This document shows, in pieces, positions 16,939 through 25,342 of a stretch of DNA of 48,251 nt. The first letter of the stretch is position 1; each line of letters starts with the position of its first letter. The translations under genes and the position numbers were made by a program. The notes below the pieces were generated by a model. It was not told the origin of the DNA. It was given only the letters and a program-made list of their open reading frames with translations, and ran no database searches. Location of the stretch: positions 1 through 48,251 of the IMG/VR virus record IMGVR_UViG_3300037851_001108; one strand, given 5' to 3'. The DNA comes from a virus. Lineage: Duplodnaviria > Caudoviricetes.

Positions 16939-17627
16939 GGAAGCACCACGGCAAGCTCACGTCGGCGGCGCAGCGTGCAGAAGTAGCACCGGCCGGCCTC
17001 GGTTGCTCCGTCGACGTGGTGAAACTCGATGCCACAGCCTGGCTCAATGCAGTGGCTTACCGGCCGCCGAGCACCGCCCAGGTACAACGCCACGTCCTCT
17101 TCGGCCGTGGGTGCGGGCGGGGGTGCGGGCGGGTCAACCGGGCGTCTCTGGCGAATGGCCTCGAGCAGGTCCTCGGTCACGCGCCCGAGGTCGGTCGCCG
17201 CTCGACAGAAGGCCACGAGGTCGGCCGAACCGGACGCCACTTCGGCCGGCACCGCGTGAAAGGCATGAGTCGCGGCTCGCAGCCGCTCCACCTCGTCCCG
17301 CGTCACCCACGACCAGGGCACGGCTATCTGGCTGGGGGAGCTCACGTGCGCCCCGTTTTCTTGAGACTGCGCCATCACTTCCAGAGGCGGCGCCGGAGCA
17401 TGGACAACCCCCAGGCCTGACGAGGGCTGATCCCGGCGGAACCGATTCAGCGGCAGGTCCTGATACCGACGCGAGGCGGACGCCGCGAGGGTGGCGTGGA
17501 CGGTGTAGGCCACGGTCAGGATGGTCCGGCGCTTCCCCACCACGCGGACCCGGCGCCAGCGATTGCGGGCATAGGCCCACAGTTCGTCTCCTACCGTCAC
17601 CTCGTCGAGCGAGGCGACCCGGATCAC
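16935..17627 (-). CDS. Hypothetical protein (SH3-like N-terminus, C-terminal Zn finger)
   Basis: VTVGDELWAY...WRRVRVV and CIEPGC...CYFC. GTGA coupling. Confidence 0.6.
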   Translation of the reverse strand: MIRVASLDEVTVGDELWAYARNRWRRVRVVGKRRTILTVAYTVHATLAASASRRYQDLPLNRFRRDQPSSGLGVVHAPAPPLEVMAQSQENGAHVSSPSQIAVPWSWVTRDEVERLRAATHAFHAVPAEVASGSADLVAFCRAATDLGRVTEDLLEAIRQRRPVDPPAPPPAPTAEEDVALYLGGARRPVSHCIEPGCGIEFHHVDGATEAGRCYFCTLRRRRELAVVLP

Positions 17628-17839
17628 TGCCGCACCTTCGCGTCCTCGGCGAGACGCAGGGCCGCCGGCCCCTCGACAACCGTGAGTCCCGCGGCGGGCC
17701 CGTGGCGCATCCTGCCGTGGACGATCCCGCGGGCGGCCTCCAGCATCCCGAAAACGAGAATGGGGTCTTGTGGCGCCTGGAGCCGCACCGCGTGCGTCCG
17801 CAGGTCCATCTCGATCATCACGGACACGGTGTCGCTCAC
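17624..17839 (-). CDS. Hypothetical protein
   Basis: GTG start overlapping the stop of the 25-aa peptide gene. Confidence 0.55.
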   Translation of the reverse strand: MSDTVSVMIEMDLRTHAVRLQAPQDPILVFGMLEAARGIVHGRMRHGPAAGLTVVEGPAALRLAEDAKVRQ

Positions 17840-17913
17840 GCGCGGCTCTCCCGCCATACCCAGGCGAAGCCGATCAGCAGGGCCAGGATGTAGATCGCCA
17901 CGTACAGGGTCAT
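17836..17913 (-). CDS. 25-aa single-TM peptide MTLYVAIYILALLIGFAWVWRESRA
   Basis: Manual translation. AGGAGG RBS, ATGA overlap upstream and GTGA overlap downstream. Confidence 0.7.
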   Translation of the reverse strand: MTLYVAIYILALLIGFAWVWRESRA

Positions 17914-18239
17914 GGGACCGTCCTCCTGCGCTCGTAGGACGCGAGCGCGCTTCGCCGTATCCGGTAGCCGCGGCCGTCGCGCAACACCTTGATCGCGCCA
18001 CGCTTGCAGGCAGCGCGGACGTGGGCCGGACTGCGCCGCAGCTCGCGCGCGGCCTCGGCCACGGTCAGCATGTCGTCCGGCTGGGGGGGGGCAGGCTCCG
18101 GCTCGTCCGCCATCACGAGGAGGGCACCCGCTGCCGCCTCGAGCGCTGCAGCCGAGGCTCGGACGGCATCAGCCAGGCGCCTGAGCGCCTCGGCCCTGGT
18201 GGGCTCCTCGAAGGGGACGACCTGTGCGATGCTCGTCAA
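17910..18239 (-). CDS. Excisionase-like HTH_17 DNA-binding protein
   Basis: MLTVAEAARELRRSPAHVRAACKRGAI...GRGYRIRRSAL. GGAGG RBS. Confidence 0.8.
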   Translation of the reverse strand: MTSIAQVVPFEEPTRAEALRRLADAVRASAAALEAAAGALLVMADEPEPAPPQPDDMLTVAEAARELRRSPAHVRAACKRGAIKVLRDGRGYRIRRSALASYERRRTVP

Positions 18240-18318
18240 CGCTGACCGCCTCCGGCGGTTGGTGCGGGCCTCGGCGCCGTCAGCCCTGAGAAGTGAGCGG
18301 CGCCGTGGCCCGTCTCGA

Positions 18319-18744
18319 CTACTGCTGCTTCATCGCGGCCCTGATCAGATCGGCGACGACCGGACTCTTCGCTGGGTGCCGCGCACCGGTTCTGTGCTTC
18401 CAGCGGACGGCGGCGAGTTCGAGCCACTCGACGCAGGCCTTCGGCAGATCGAGCGTTACGGAGACGACCTCGTCTGCCTGATGCGTCTGGGTGGTCGGCA
18501 CGACGTGAATATGGGCGGTCGCGTCGGCGTAAGTCAATGAGTCCTCGTCGGTTGGTGTCTCGCGATCGGTCCACGTCCTAGCGAGACATCGTGTCCTGCG
18601 TGTCTCGCCATGCAGAAGCCTGGAGAGATGCCGCCGGGTGATCCCGAGGCTCTCGGCCGCGGCTTTGACCGTCGGAGAGGAGCGGGCCATGTGCAGAAGC
18701 CGCCTCCTGTCCTCGGCCGTGCGCGCGTCGCGCCACTTCGTCAT
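18319..18744 (-). CDS. Cro-position regulator: N-terminal HTH fused to a C-terminal ribbon-helix-helix-like domain
   Basis: TVKAAAESLGITRRHLSRLL (HTH) and VSVTLDLPKACVEWLELAA...KSPVVADLIRAAM (RHH-like). First gene of the early operon. Confidence 0.7.
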   Translation of the reverse strand: MTKWRDARTAEDRRRLLHMARSSPTVKAAAESLGITRRHLSRLLHGETRRTRCLARTWTDRETPTDEDSLTYADATAHIHVVPTTQTHQADEVVSVTLDLPKACVEWLELAAVRWKHRTGARHPAKSPVVADLIRAAMKQQ

Positions 18745-18752
18745 CGCTGCAG

Positions 18753-18781
18753 AAGGTAGCAAACTAGTTTTCTACCGTCAA
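18753..18781 (-). promoter_or_regulatory. Early (lytic) sigma70 promoter with overlapping operator O1
   Basis: TTGACG-17 nt-TACCTT. Near-perfect palindrome GGTAGCAAACTAGTTTTCTACC at 18755-18776. Confidence 0.8.
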
Positions 18782-18791
18782 GCACAATCTC

Positions 18792-18820
18792 TTGACACGT
18801 GCAACCTAGTTTGCTAGTGT
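18792..18820 (+). promoter_or_regulatory. Repressor/integrase sigma70 promoter with overlapping operator O2
   Basis: TTGACA-17 nt-TAGTGT. Palindrome GCAACCTAGTTTGC at 18801-18814. Confidence 0.8.
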
Positions 18821-18845
18821 CCTGACGACGCTGGAAAGGAATGCG

Positions 18846-19013
18846 ATGCGCGAGAGGAAGGCGACAGCCAAACCCGAGCGGAAGAAAATGGCCGTCGAGG
18901 TTGACGCCGAGCTTCGGCAGCGCCTGCGTGTGTACGCGGCCCAACAGGATGTGAAGATCCGGGCGGTCCTTTCGTCGGCCCTCGATGAGTACCTGAAGAA
19001 GCGCGGCGCGTAG
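18846..19013 (+). CDS. 55-aa ribbon-helix-helix protein, putative immunity repressor
   Basis: Manual translation MRERKATAKPERKKMAVEVDAELRQRLRVYAAQQDVKIRAVLSSALDEYLKKRGA. AAAGGA RBS. Below the ORF-track size cutoff. Confidence 0.85.
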   Translation: MRERKATAKPERKKMAVEVDAELRQRLRVYAAQQDVKIRAVLSSALDEYLKKRGA

Positions 19014-19219
19014 CACGGCAGCCCTCCTCGGCCTCGTGAGCCAGCGGAGGGATCGCGGCTCTTAGACGCCAATGCGCGAGAACCTACGATGCCCAGCCGC
19101 CGCGGCAGGTCCATACGGTGCCCGACTTTCGTGACCCTACCGGTTGCGTAGATCTTTCGATCCGGTTGCAGAGGAACTATCCCAGCGCGTAGCGTCGCCG
19201 CGGAAGGGAGGCTCGGCCC

Positions 19220-19668
19220 ATGAAGACCGGTTGTCTGGTCGGGTGCGGGGCGCTGATGGGCCTCGTGGCCCTCGTCTTCCTGGCGACGCTCTTGGGACAC
19301 CCGTCGACGGCGCCGGTGCCGACACCGCGCAGCGAAGCCCCGGCCTTGGCCGAGGAGGAGGCGAGGAAGAACGCCCCTGACGCGTTGCGCGATCTCGAGG
19401 TCAACTGTACCTGGGAGAAGAGTGGCTTCGGAGCCGTCGCCCTCGGGAATGTCACGATCAAGAACAAGTCAAAGCACAGGTACAGCGACGTGGTTGTGGT
19501 CTTCACGTTCGCCGGACAGTCGGACACATCCTGACGAGTCGCCGCGAGATGTTTCCCGTTGTTGTGAAGCCGAAGAGCACGAGCCGAGTGAGGGAGCACA
19601 ACATCGGCTTCATCCCGCAGCATGCGACGCGCATGGGCTGTCGGATCGAGAGCGGCTCGTCTCCATAG
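19220..19668 (+). pseudogene. Membrane-anchored beta-sandwich protein, frameshifted near 19527
   Basis: AGGGAGG RBS, TM, then WEKSGFGAVALGNVTIKNKS. Stops at 19534, but the -1 frame continues ILTSRREMFPVVVKPKSTSRVREHNIGFIPQHATRMGCRIESGSSP to 19668. Confidence 0.65.
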
Positions 19669-19702
19669 AATGAGGTTCCAGGGGGGCAAAAGGTGAGTCC
19701 TG

Positions 19703-20809
19703 ATGGCCCGGAGCATGAGGCCCATGCCCGCCTACGGTGACGGCGGCATATTCCGGCGCGGGTCCGTCTGGTACGCCTGGCTCTACCACCGGGGCCGCAT
19801 GATCCGCGAGTCGCTCCACACCACCGACGAGGAGACAGCCCGGCGCCGGCTCTCCGGGCTTCGGCGGCGGCGCGACCGGGGCACCTACCAGGACCCGGCC
19901 GCCAGGAGGGTCACGGTCGACGAGCTACTCGATGACTTGGTGACGCACCTCGAAGTGAAGGGGGCGGCTGCCGTGGCGAAGTCGCGGTCGACGCTCAAGG
20001 CCGTCCGGGCCGAGCTCGGCGGCACCCACGCCGGCGAGCTCGACACCGCGATGGTGGAGAAGGCTCAGCGGACCTGGCTGCGGCAGAAGAAGGCCGCCGC
20101 AACGGTGAACCGGCGGTGCGAGCTGTTGAGGCAGGCGTACCGGCTCGCAGTCCGGCGCACGCCGCCGAAGGTGGGGGTAATCCCCCACATCCCTGTGCTG
20201 ACCGTCCAGAACGCCCGGCAGGGCTTCCTGTCCGCCTCCGAGATCGCCCGCCTCCTCGCCGGCTTCGTCGACCCCGACCTCCGGGACTACGTCGAGTGGT
20301 GCGCCTGGACGGGGATGCGTCCTGGGGAGGTTCGTCAGATAACCTGGGCGATGGTCGACCCTACGGCCCGGACGCTGCAACTCGACCCCCGGGCGGCGAA
20401 GACGCGGCGTGGCCGGACGCTCGCGCTTGAGGGCCCCCTGTGGACGATCCTCGAGCGGCGGCGGAAGGCGCGGAGGCTGGGGTGCGAGCTGGTGTTCCAC
20501 CGGACGAGCAAGGGTCGGCCGGGCCAGCCGGTGCGGGACTACAGGAAGGCCTTCGCCCTGGCGGTGAAGGCCGCGAAACTGCCCCGGACGCTTCTGCCCT
20601 ACGACCTGCGGCGATCGGCCATCCGCAACATGGTCCGGGCCGGGGTGGACGTGTCGGTAGTGATGAAGATCAGCGGGCACCGGACGCGCTCCACCTTCGA
20701 CCGCTACAACATCGTCAACGAGGCGGACGTGCGGAAGGCGGTGGAGGCGACGGCGGCGTGGGCCGCAAAGACCCTACCCAAAACCCTTCCCAGCGGAGGA
20801 GGGAAGTGA
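19703..20809 (+). CDS. int: Tyrosine integrase
   Basis: Arm domain GGIFRRGSVWY...RESLHT. Catalytic motifs TGMRPGE, KT, YDLRRS (Y replaces H of HxxR), SGHRT and RY. Adjacent to attP. Confidence 0.95.
   Translation: MARSMRPMPAYGDGGIFRRGSVWYAWLYHRGRMIRESLHTTDEETARRRLSGLRRRRDRGTYQDPAARRVTVDELLDDLVTHLEVKGAAAVAKSRSTLKAVRAELGGTHAGELDTAMVEKAQRTWLRQKKAAATVNRRCELLRQAYRLAVRRTPPKVGVIPHIPVLTVQNARQGFLSASEIARLLAGFVDPDLRDYVEWCAWTGMRPGEVRQITWAMVDPTARTLQLDPRAAKTRRGRTLALEGPLWTILERRRKARRLGCELVFHRTSKGRPGQPVRDYRKAFALAVKAAKLPRTLLPYDLRRSAIRNMVRAGVDVSVVMKISGHRTRSTFDRYNIVNEADVRKAVEATAAWAAKTLPKTLPSGGGK
20768..20793 (+). repeat. attP arm-type integrase site pair (left)
   Basis: AAGACCCTACCCAAAACCCTTCCCAG is 24/26 identical to 20972-20997 and is itself a tandem 12-bp duplication. 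Confidence 0.75.
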
Positions 20810-20836
20810 CGCGCGGCAGCGCGGGCGTGGGCAGTT

Positions 20837-20878
20837 TGGCGGAAGCGGGTAGGAATCGAACCTACCGACCGCCTTTCG
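20837..20878 (-). other. attP core: 3' fragment of tRNA-Sec (selC)
   Basis: Minus strand CGAAAGGCGGTCGGTAGGTTCGATTCCTACCCGCTTCCGCCA shows part of a variable arm, a T-arm and the CTTCCGCCA end characteristic of selC. Confidence 0.85.
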
Positions 20879-20971
20879 CCGGTGGCGCTAGAGGCGCAGA
20901 GTAGCGCGAAACGGGCCGTTTTTGGGAGTCTTAGACCGATGAGTCGCCACCGGTGAGCATTACCGCCAGAC

Positions 20972-20997
20972 AAGACCATACCCAAAACCATTCCCAG
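20972..20997 (+). repeat. attP arm-type integrase site pair (right)
   Basis: AAGACCATACCCAAAACCATTCCCAG, a direct repeat of 20768-20793 on the other side of the core. Confidence 0.75.
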
Positions 20998-21133
20998 TGG
21001 ACCCGGTGGTAGCAAGGGGGAACCGCCCCCATCATGGTATCCTCAACCACGGGTGAGTCGTCGCCGGCCCCGCACTTTCGGCGCCCACCGGGGGGGTTAG
21101 GGGCCGGCTCTTGCTCTCTCGGTCCTCCCCCTC

Positions 21134-22417
21134 CTACCCCCCGGCAAACGGGCTCTCGACGAACGGGATCGCGTAAGTCCGGGCCGAGCCCGTCGCCGTC
21201 GGCGTGATGATGCTCCACGCCAGCGTCTCGCCCACCCGGCCGTGCACTGGCCGGTCTTCGCCGTCCACGCTCGACCCGGGGAGGAGCAGAAGCGGGTCCG
21301 CACCGTAGCGGGTGAGCCGCATGACCTCGTCGCGCAGCTGGCGCCACGAGGCGTCGTCGCGCGCACGGAAGGCGAGGTTCAGATCCTGCACCGGCCGCCC
21401 GGCGTCCGCTACGACCTCCAGGCGCTTTCTGGGGCCTTCGACGCGCAGCTGGCCGGGGGTGTTCTCCTCCCCACCGAATGTCGGGATGGGGCTGCCGACC
21501 GTCATCGTCCTGACCCCCCCTATCCACACCTCGCCGAGCTCGGGGCGAGGTTGGACCCCGGCCGGCATCTGGATGGAGAGCCGCCAGGTCCGGATCATCT
21601 GGGGCGCTTCCCCCACCTCGTAGCACGAGGGCTGGACCGGCGTGAGCGTCAGGCTGGTCCCGGAGGGCTGCGGCGCCAGCGCGACGTCAGCATCGGCGGG
21701 GAGGTTGTGCCCGATGATGGCCACGAGGTCGACAGCGGCGTAGAGCGCCGGGGAGCCCGGCCCACCGTTGGCCGAGGCGTAGACGTAGGATGTGCCGTCG
21801 AAGGTCATCGCAATCGGCTCGATGATGACGCGGTACGTGCTCCGCTCTGTGCGCTCCGTGTCGGCGTCGATCGTCTCGGCGACGTCCTTCCACGCATCCG
21901 CTGTCACCTGGCTGTCGAGTACCCCCCCATCCGCCCAGGCTGATCCGTTCCAGCCCTTCCCGGACCAGGCGTCGATGACGCGCACGCGGACGCCGGTGGC
22001 CCCGGCGGCGCCACTCGGGCGGTAGATTCCCACCTCGAGCTTGAGCTGCTCACCGGGCATCACGTCAACCTCTTGCGCGAGGGGACGGTAGAGCCGGAGT
22101 GCGGTTGCGCGGCCACCGTAGCTGCCCCAGTCCGGTGGGTTGGCGGGGAGCCCGGGTGTCCCGCTCAGGATGTTGATGAGGTCGAGCCACCCCGTGTGCG
22201 CATCGGAGCGCTCCGAGGAAGCGGCCAGCAAGTTCAGGTCGAAGTCAACCTCATAGTCCCCGTCACTGCGCCACTCCAGGCCACCGACCTCGTCCGGATA
22301 ACCACTTCCGAGGTTGACGAGGGGCAGGAGCGAGTCCTCGACTGCGGGCGACACAGCGGCAGGGCCGGAGGCGGCTCGCGTGACGAGATTGCCGACGCTG
22401 AAACGCCACGATGCCAT
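21134..22417 (-). CDS. Tail protein, probably distal-tail (Dit-like) with an inserted carbohydrate-binding-like domain
   Basis: LPLVNL...VDFDL, VAIIGHNL, RTWRL, LGEVWIG, LAFR...PLLLLP...FVE pattern. Last gene of the tail operon. Confidence 0.6.
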   Translation of the reverse strand: MASWRFSVGNLVTRAASGPAAVSPAVEDSLLPLVNLGSGYPDEVGGLEWRSDGDYEVDFDLNLLAASSERSDAHTGWLDLINILSGTPGLPANPPDWGSYGGRATALRLYRPLAQEVDVMPGEQLKLEVGIYRPSGAAGATGVRVRVIDAWSGKGWNGSAWADGGVLDSQVTADAWKDVAETIDADTERTERSTYRVIIEPIAMTFDGTSYVYASANGGPGSPALYAAVDLVAIIGHNLPADADVALAPQPSGTSLTLTPVQPSCYEVGEAPQMIRTWRLSIQMPAGVQPRPELGEVWIGGVRTMTVGSPIPTFGGEENTPGQLRVEGPRKRLEVVADAGRPVQDLNLAFRARDDASWRQLRDEVMRLTRYGADPLLLLPGSSVDGEDRPVHGRVGETLAWSIITPTATGSARTYAIPFVESPFAGG

Positions 22418-22426
22418 GCGGTCCTC

Positions 22427-23821
22427 CTAGAGCGACAGCCAGTCTCGGCGCACCCAGTCGATGCACATCCGGCATGGCCTCGTCTGCCCGTTCTGGTCCA
22501 CTGAGAGGACGAAGTGATCCATCGACAGCGTCTTCGCGGTGGTACCGATGCGCCCCCATGCTCGCCCGTCACTGGATGCCCAGAGAGACCAGTTGTTCGA
22601 TCCGTCGCGGGCAACGTGGATGAATACCGTGCCGACCGTCATCGCTTGGACGGTCGCGTAGAAGGTGTCGTAGCTCCACGATCCAGTTGTCTTAACGCTG
22701 AACGACCACCGGAGGTAGCCGACTACCGTCACGTACGCTGCCCTGATCCCGTCCGATTCGTCATCGTCGAAGCAGTCGATATAGCACTGCGCGTAGTTGT
22801 CGAGAGCGAACACGTTGAACTTCGCGGTCAAAGCGAAGGCTCCAGATGGCGCGTAGTCCTGCGCGAGCTGATAGGACTGGTTCCCGCTGAAGTACGCCGA
22901 GACGCACGACGGGATGTCGCCACCGTAGTCCACGCTGGCAGCGGTTGACGTCTCGGTCCACTTCGCGTCGAGGGATGTGTCGTCGAACTCGTCGTCTTCT
23001 GTGTTCGGTGATGCGGGGGGCTCGTCTGGATACTGCAAGCCGCCCCCGGTGCCGCCACTCGAAGCGATGGTGACATCCACCTCATCGTCTGTGCCGTCAT
23101 CTGCCACGGTCAACGTGACGTTGCTGCCCTCGATGAGGTTGAGCCTCTTGCGTGTGCCGACGGTGGACCCGCTGTTCTTGCGGACGGCGACCTTCTGAGC
23201 GTCGGCAAGCGTCCCAGAGAGCCCGTCCACGCTGATTTCGTCGCTGCCACCATCCTCGTGCGTACTCCCATGGGCCCCCGGTGTCACGGGTGCGCCGGCG
23301 ACGAGGCCAGTTGTCACGCTGATGGTGCAGAGTGCGGCGATGTCGCTCCACCTCAGCTCTCTCGGTTCCCAGACGTGGCTTCCGCTGTCGAACACGAAGA
23401 CGTCATGATTCTCTGGCGTCTCGCGCTCGACGCCGGACAGCTCGCCCAGGGACGGCAGGATGCGGACACAGACGGCGACGGTAAACGGCCCGCCGGTTCC
23501 CTCGTCGGCGAAAACGGTCCCGATGAAGACGCTCGGCCACGGCGCGTCCGGCCTGGTCTTCGTGGCCGAGCCATCCTGCCTTGCCCAGAGAGTATCCCCG
23601 ATAGCCCACGTCTCCCCGTTCTGCTCCGGGCACCCACGCACGTACCCGATGGAGATGCACGCGATGGGCTCTCCGTACTCCGAGTCGGTCATCGTGACGC
23701 CGAAGACCTTGTTCGTGACGGTCAGGCTCGGTTGTTCCCACGCCTGCGGCTGCCACAGTTCGATCGTGGGCTTACCGCTCGAGCTGGCCTTGATCTGGAC
23801 GAGAGTGAGTTTCGGGATCAT
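22427..23821 (-). CDS. Tail fibre/receptor-binding protein with C-terminal ConA-like lectin domain
   Basis: HGSTHEDGGSDEI fibre motif, LNLIEGSNVTLTVADD, DDEFDDTSLDAKWT...SSDGRAW...IDWVR. Confidence 0.75.
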   Translation of the reverse strand: MIPKLTLVQIKASSSGKPTIELWQPQAWEQPSLTVTNKVFGVTMTDSEYGEPIACISIGYVRGCPEQNGETWAIGDTLWARQDGSATKTRPDAPWPSVFIGTVFADEGTGGPFTVAVCVRILPSLGELSGVERETPENHDVFVFDSGSHVWEPRELRWSDIAALCTISVTTGLVAGAPVTPGAHGSTHEDGGSDEISVDGLSGTLADAQKVAVRKNSGSTVGTRKRLNLIEGSNVTLTVADDGTDDEVDVTIASSGGTGGGLQYPDEPPASPNTEDDEFDDTSLDAKWTETSTAASVDYGGDIPSCVSAYFSGNQSYQLAQDYAPSGAFALTAKFNVFALDNYAQCYIDCFDDDESDGIRAAYVTVVGYLRWSFSVKTTGSWSYDTFYATVQAMTVGTVFIHVARDGSNNWSLWASSDGRAWGRIGTTAKTLSMDHFVLSVDQNGQTRPCRMCIDWVRRDWLSL

Positions 23822-24639
23822 CCGACGTCGTTCCAGTCTGTCCCGGCACCGAGGTCAGCGTGGCCCGTCCACGCGGCGAACATCCCGTAGGTGTAGGTGG
23901 CGAGTCCCTGCCGGTAGCCCCGCCAGCAGACGCGATTCGGGTCAGGGTAGTTCTCCACCGGACGGTCGACCTTCGCCTTTCCGGCCGCGTAGTAGCTCTT
24001 GAGCGCGCTCACGCCGTCGAAGAGAACCCCCGCGCCCGCCGTGTCCTGCATGACGATGCTCTGCTGCACTGAGTCTCCCCACGGCCATGCGTAGTTCGAG
24101 TAGAGGTAGAAGGGGGCGACTGTCATCACTGGGTTGAGAGCGAGCGTTCCGAAGACGGCGCCCTGATCGTTCTCGACCCAGCTTCGGATGTTCGCCGCAG
24201 GTGTGGTCGTGTTTGTCGCGTTGTAGAACTCGTTGCCGATGAAGACGATGTCGCCCTCGTCTTCCAGCGCTGGGATGTCGGTGCTCCAGTCGATCGGCAT
24301 GTCGACGTCGATCACGTTGAGCGTGAACCCTGCGTCCTCCCACAGCCCGCGCACTGTCGTCCCGACGGTCGGAGCGGCCTCGCCCCCGTTGGCCGAGTAC
24401 CACGAGAGGTCGACGTCGTCACTCTGGACGAGGACTATCGTCTTGCCGGTGCGGCCCCCCATGAGCATCCGGGGGATGTTCTGCACGAAGCGTTCGTAGC
24501 TCGCGTCTCCGTTCGCCGTGGCCCAGGACTCTTGGAAGAACTGCTCACAGCCGACCATGAGCATCCGGCCGCCAGGAGGCGATTCGGAGTTGACCGCCAT
24601 CTGGACGACGTGGCCAAACGGCACTTTGGTCGCCGCCAC
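23818..24639 (-). CDS. Hypothetical tail-associated protein
   Basis: GTG start immediately after the upstream stop, ATGA overlap downstream, GC3-biased codons. Confidence 0.65.
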   Translation of the reverse strand: MAATKVPFGHVVQMAVNSESPPGGRMLMVGCEQFFQESWATANGDASYERFVQNIPRMLMGGRTGKTIVLVQSDDVDLSWYSANGGEAAPTVGTTVRGLWEDAGFTLNVIDVDMPIDWSTDIPALEDEGDIVFIGNEFYNATNTTTPAANIRSWVENDQGAVFGTLALNPVMTVAPFYLYSNYAWPWGDSVQQSIVMQDTAGAGVLFDGVSALKSYYAAGKAKVDRPVENYPDPNRVCWRGYRQGLATYTYGMFAAWTGHADLGAGTDWNDVG

Positions 24640-24640
24640 G

Positions 24641-25342
24641 CTAGGCCCCGCTCTCGACGTAGAGGACGAGCGTGTCCTCCAGGGTGTCCCAGGATGTCCG
24701 CCCAACGGCCGCCGTGTAGCTGGACCCGGCGGTGACTCCGGTGTTCAGATCGACACGGGACGCCATCTCGACACTGCTCGCGGTGGGTTCGTTGTTGAAG
24801 ACGACGCGTTCCAGCCCGTCCACCTTCGCCTCGTCGTCGGCGTGGTCGCCCGCCATATGGATGACGCGGGGCTGGTCGATCACGCCCTGCCCGGCCACTG
24901 AGCCCGTGAAGTCGATCTTGCGGACCTGTTCGATCAGGCCGATCCCGGTCATCACGATGTTGCGGACGAGGTTGAGAATCGCCGCGCCCACGCCTCCGGT
25001 CATCTGGATGTTCTCGGCGACGGTGGCCGTGCCCTCGACGTCCAAGTCGTCCACGTTCGACACCGAGAAGTGGTTCATGTCGAGGGCGCCGAGCATCGGC
25101 TGTTCCCCCGAGCGCGCCAGCTTCTCGGTCCCGAGCTCCTGCAGGTCCTCCTGTACGTCATCGCCGCTGAGGAGGGCCGTGGTCTCCTCGGGCTCGGCAA
25201 GGATCTCGCTCGCGTGATGTGTGTGCGGTGGGATGGTCGTCGGTTGTCCGCCGCCGGTTCCGCCGGAACTCAGGAGCATTCGCGGACGCAAGGCTTGACG
25301 GATGGCGTCGATGTCGCCCGGTGTGCCTCGTTTCGTCGACAT
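24641..25342 (-). CDS. Tail fibre shaft-like protein
   Basis: HTHHASEI, DVQEDLQEL..EKL, MLGALDMNHFSVSNV fibre motifs. GGAGG RBS, TGATG overlap. Confidence 0.7.
   Translation of the reverse strand: MSTKRGTPGDIDAIRQALRPRMLLSSGGTGGGQPTTIPPHTHHASEILAEPEETTALLSGDDVQEDLQELGTEKLARSGEQPMLGALDMNHFSVSNVDDLDVEGTATVAENIQMTGGVGAAILNLVRNIVMTGIGLIEQVRKIDFTGSVAGQGVIDQPRVIHMAGDHADDEAKVDGLERVVFNNEPTASSVEMASRVDLNTGVTAGSSYTAAVGRTSWDTLEDTLVLYVESGA

Noticed and set aside
19532-19570. Selenocysteine readthrough of the TGA at 19532 (tempting given the selC target)
   Set aside because: In-frame readthrough gives only about 10 residues before another TGA. The plausible continuation is in the -1 frame.
20837-20940. 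Full phage-encoded tRNA-Sec gene
   Set aside because: Only the 3' part is present. There is no TCA anticodon arm or matching 5' GGAAGCG acceptor strand upstream.
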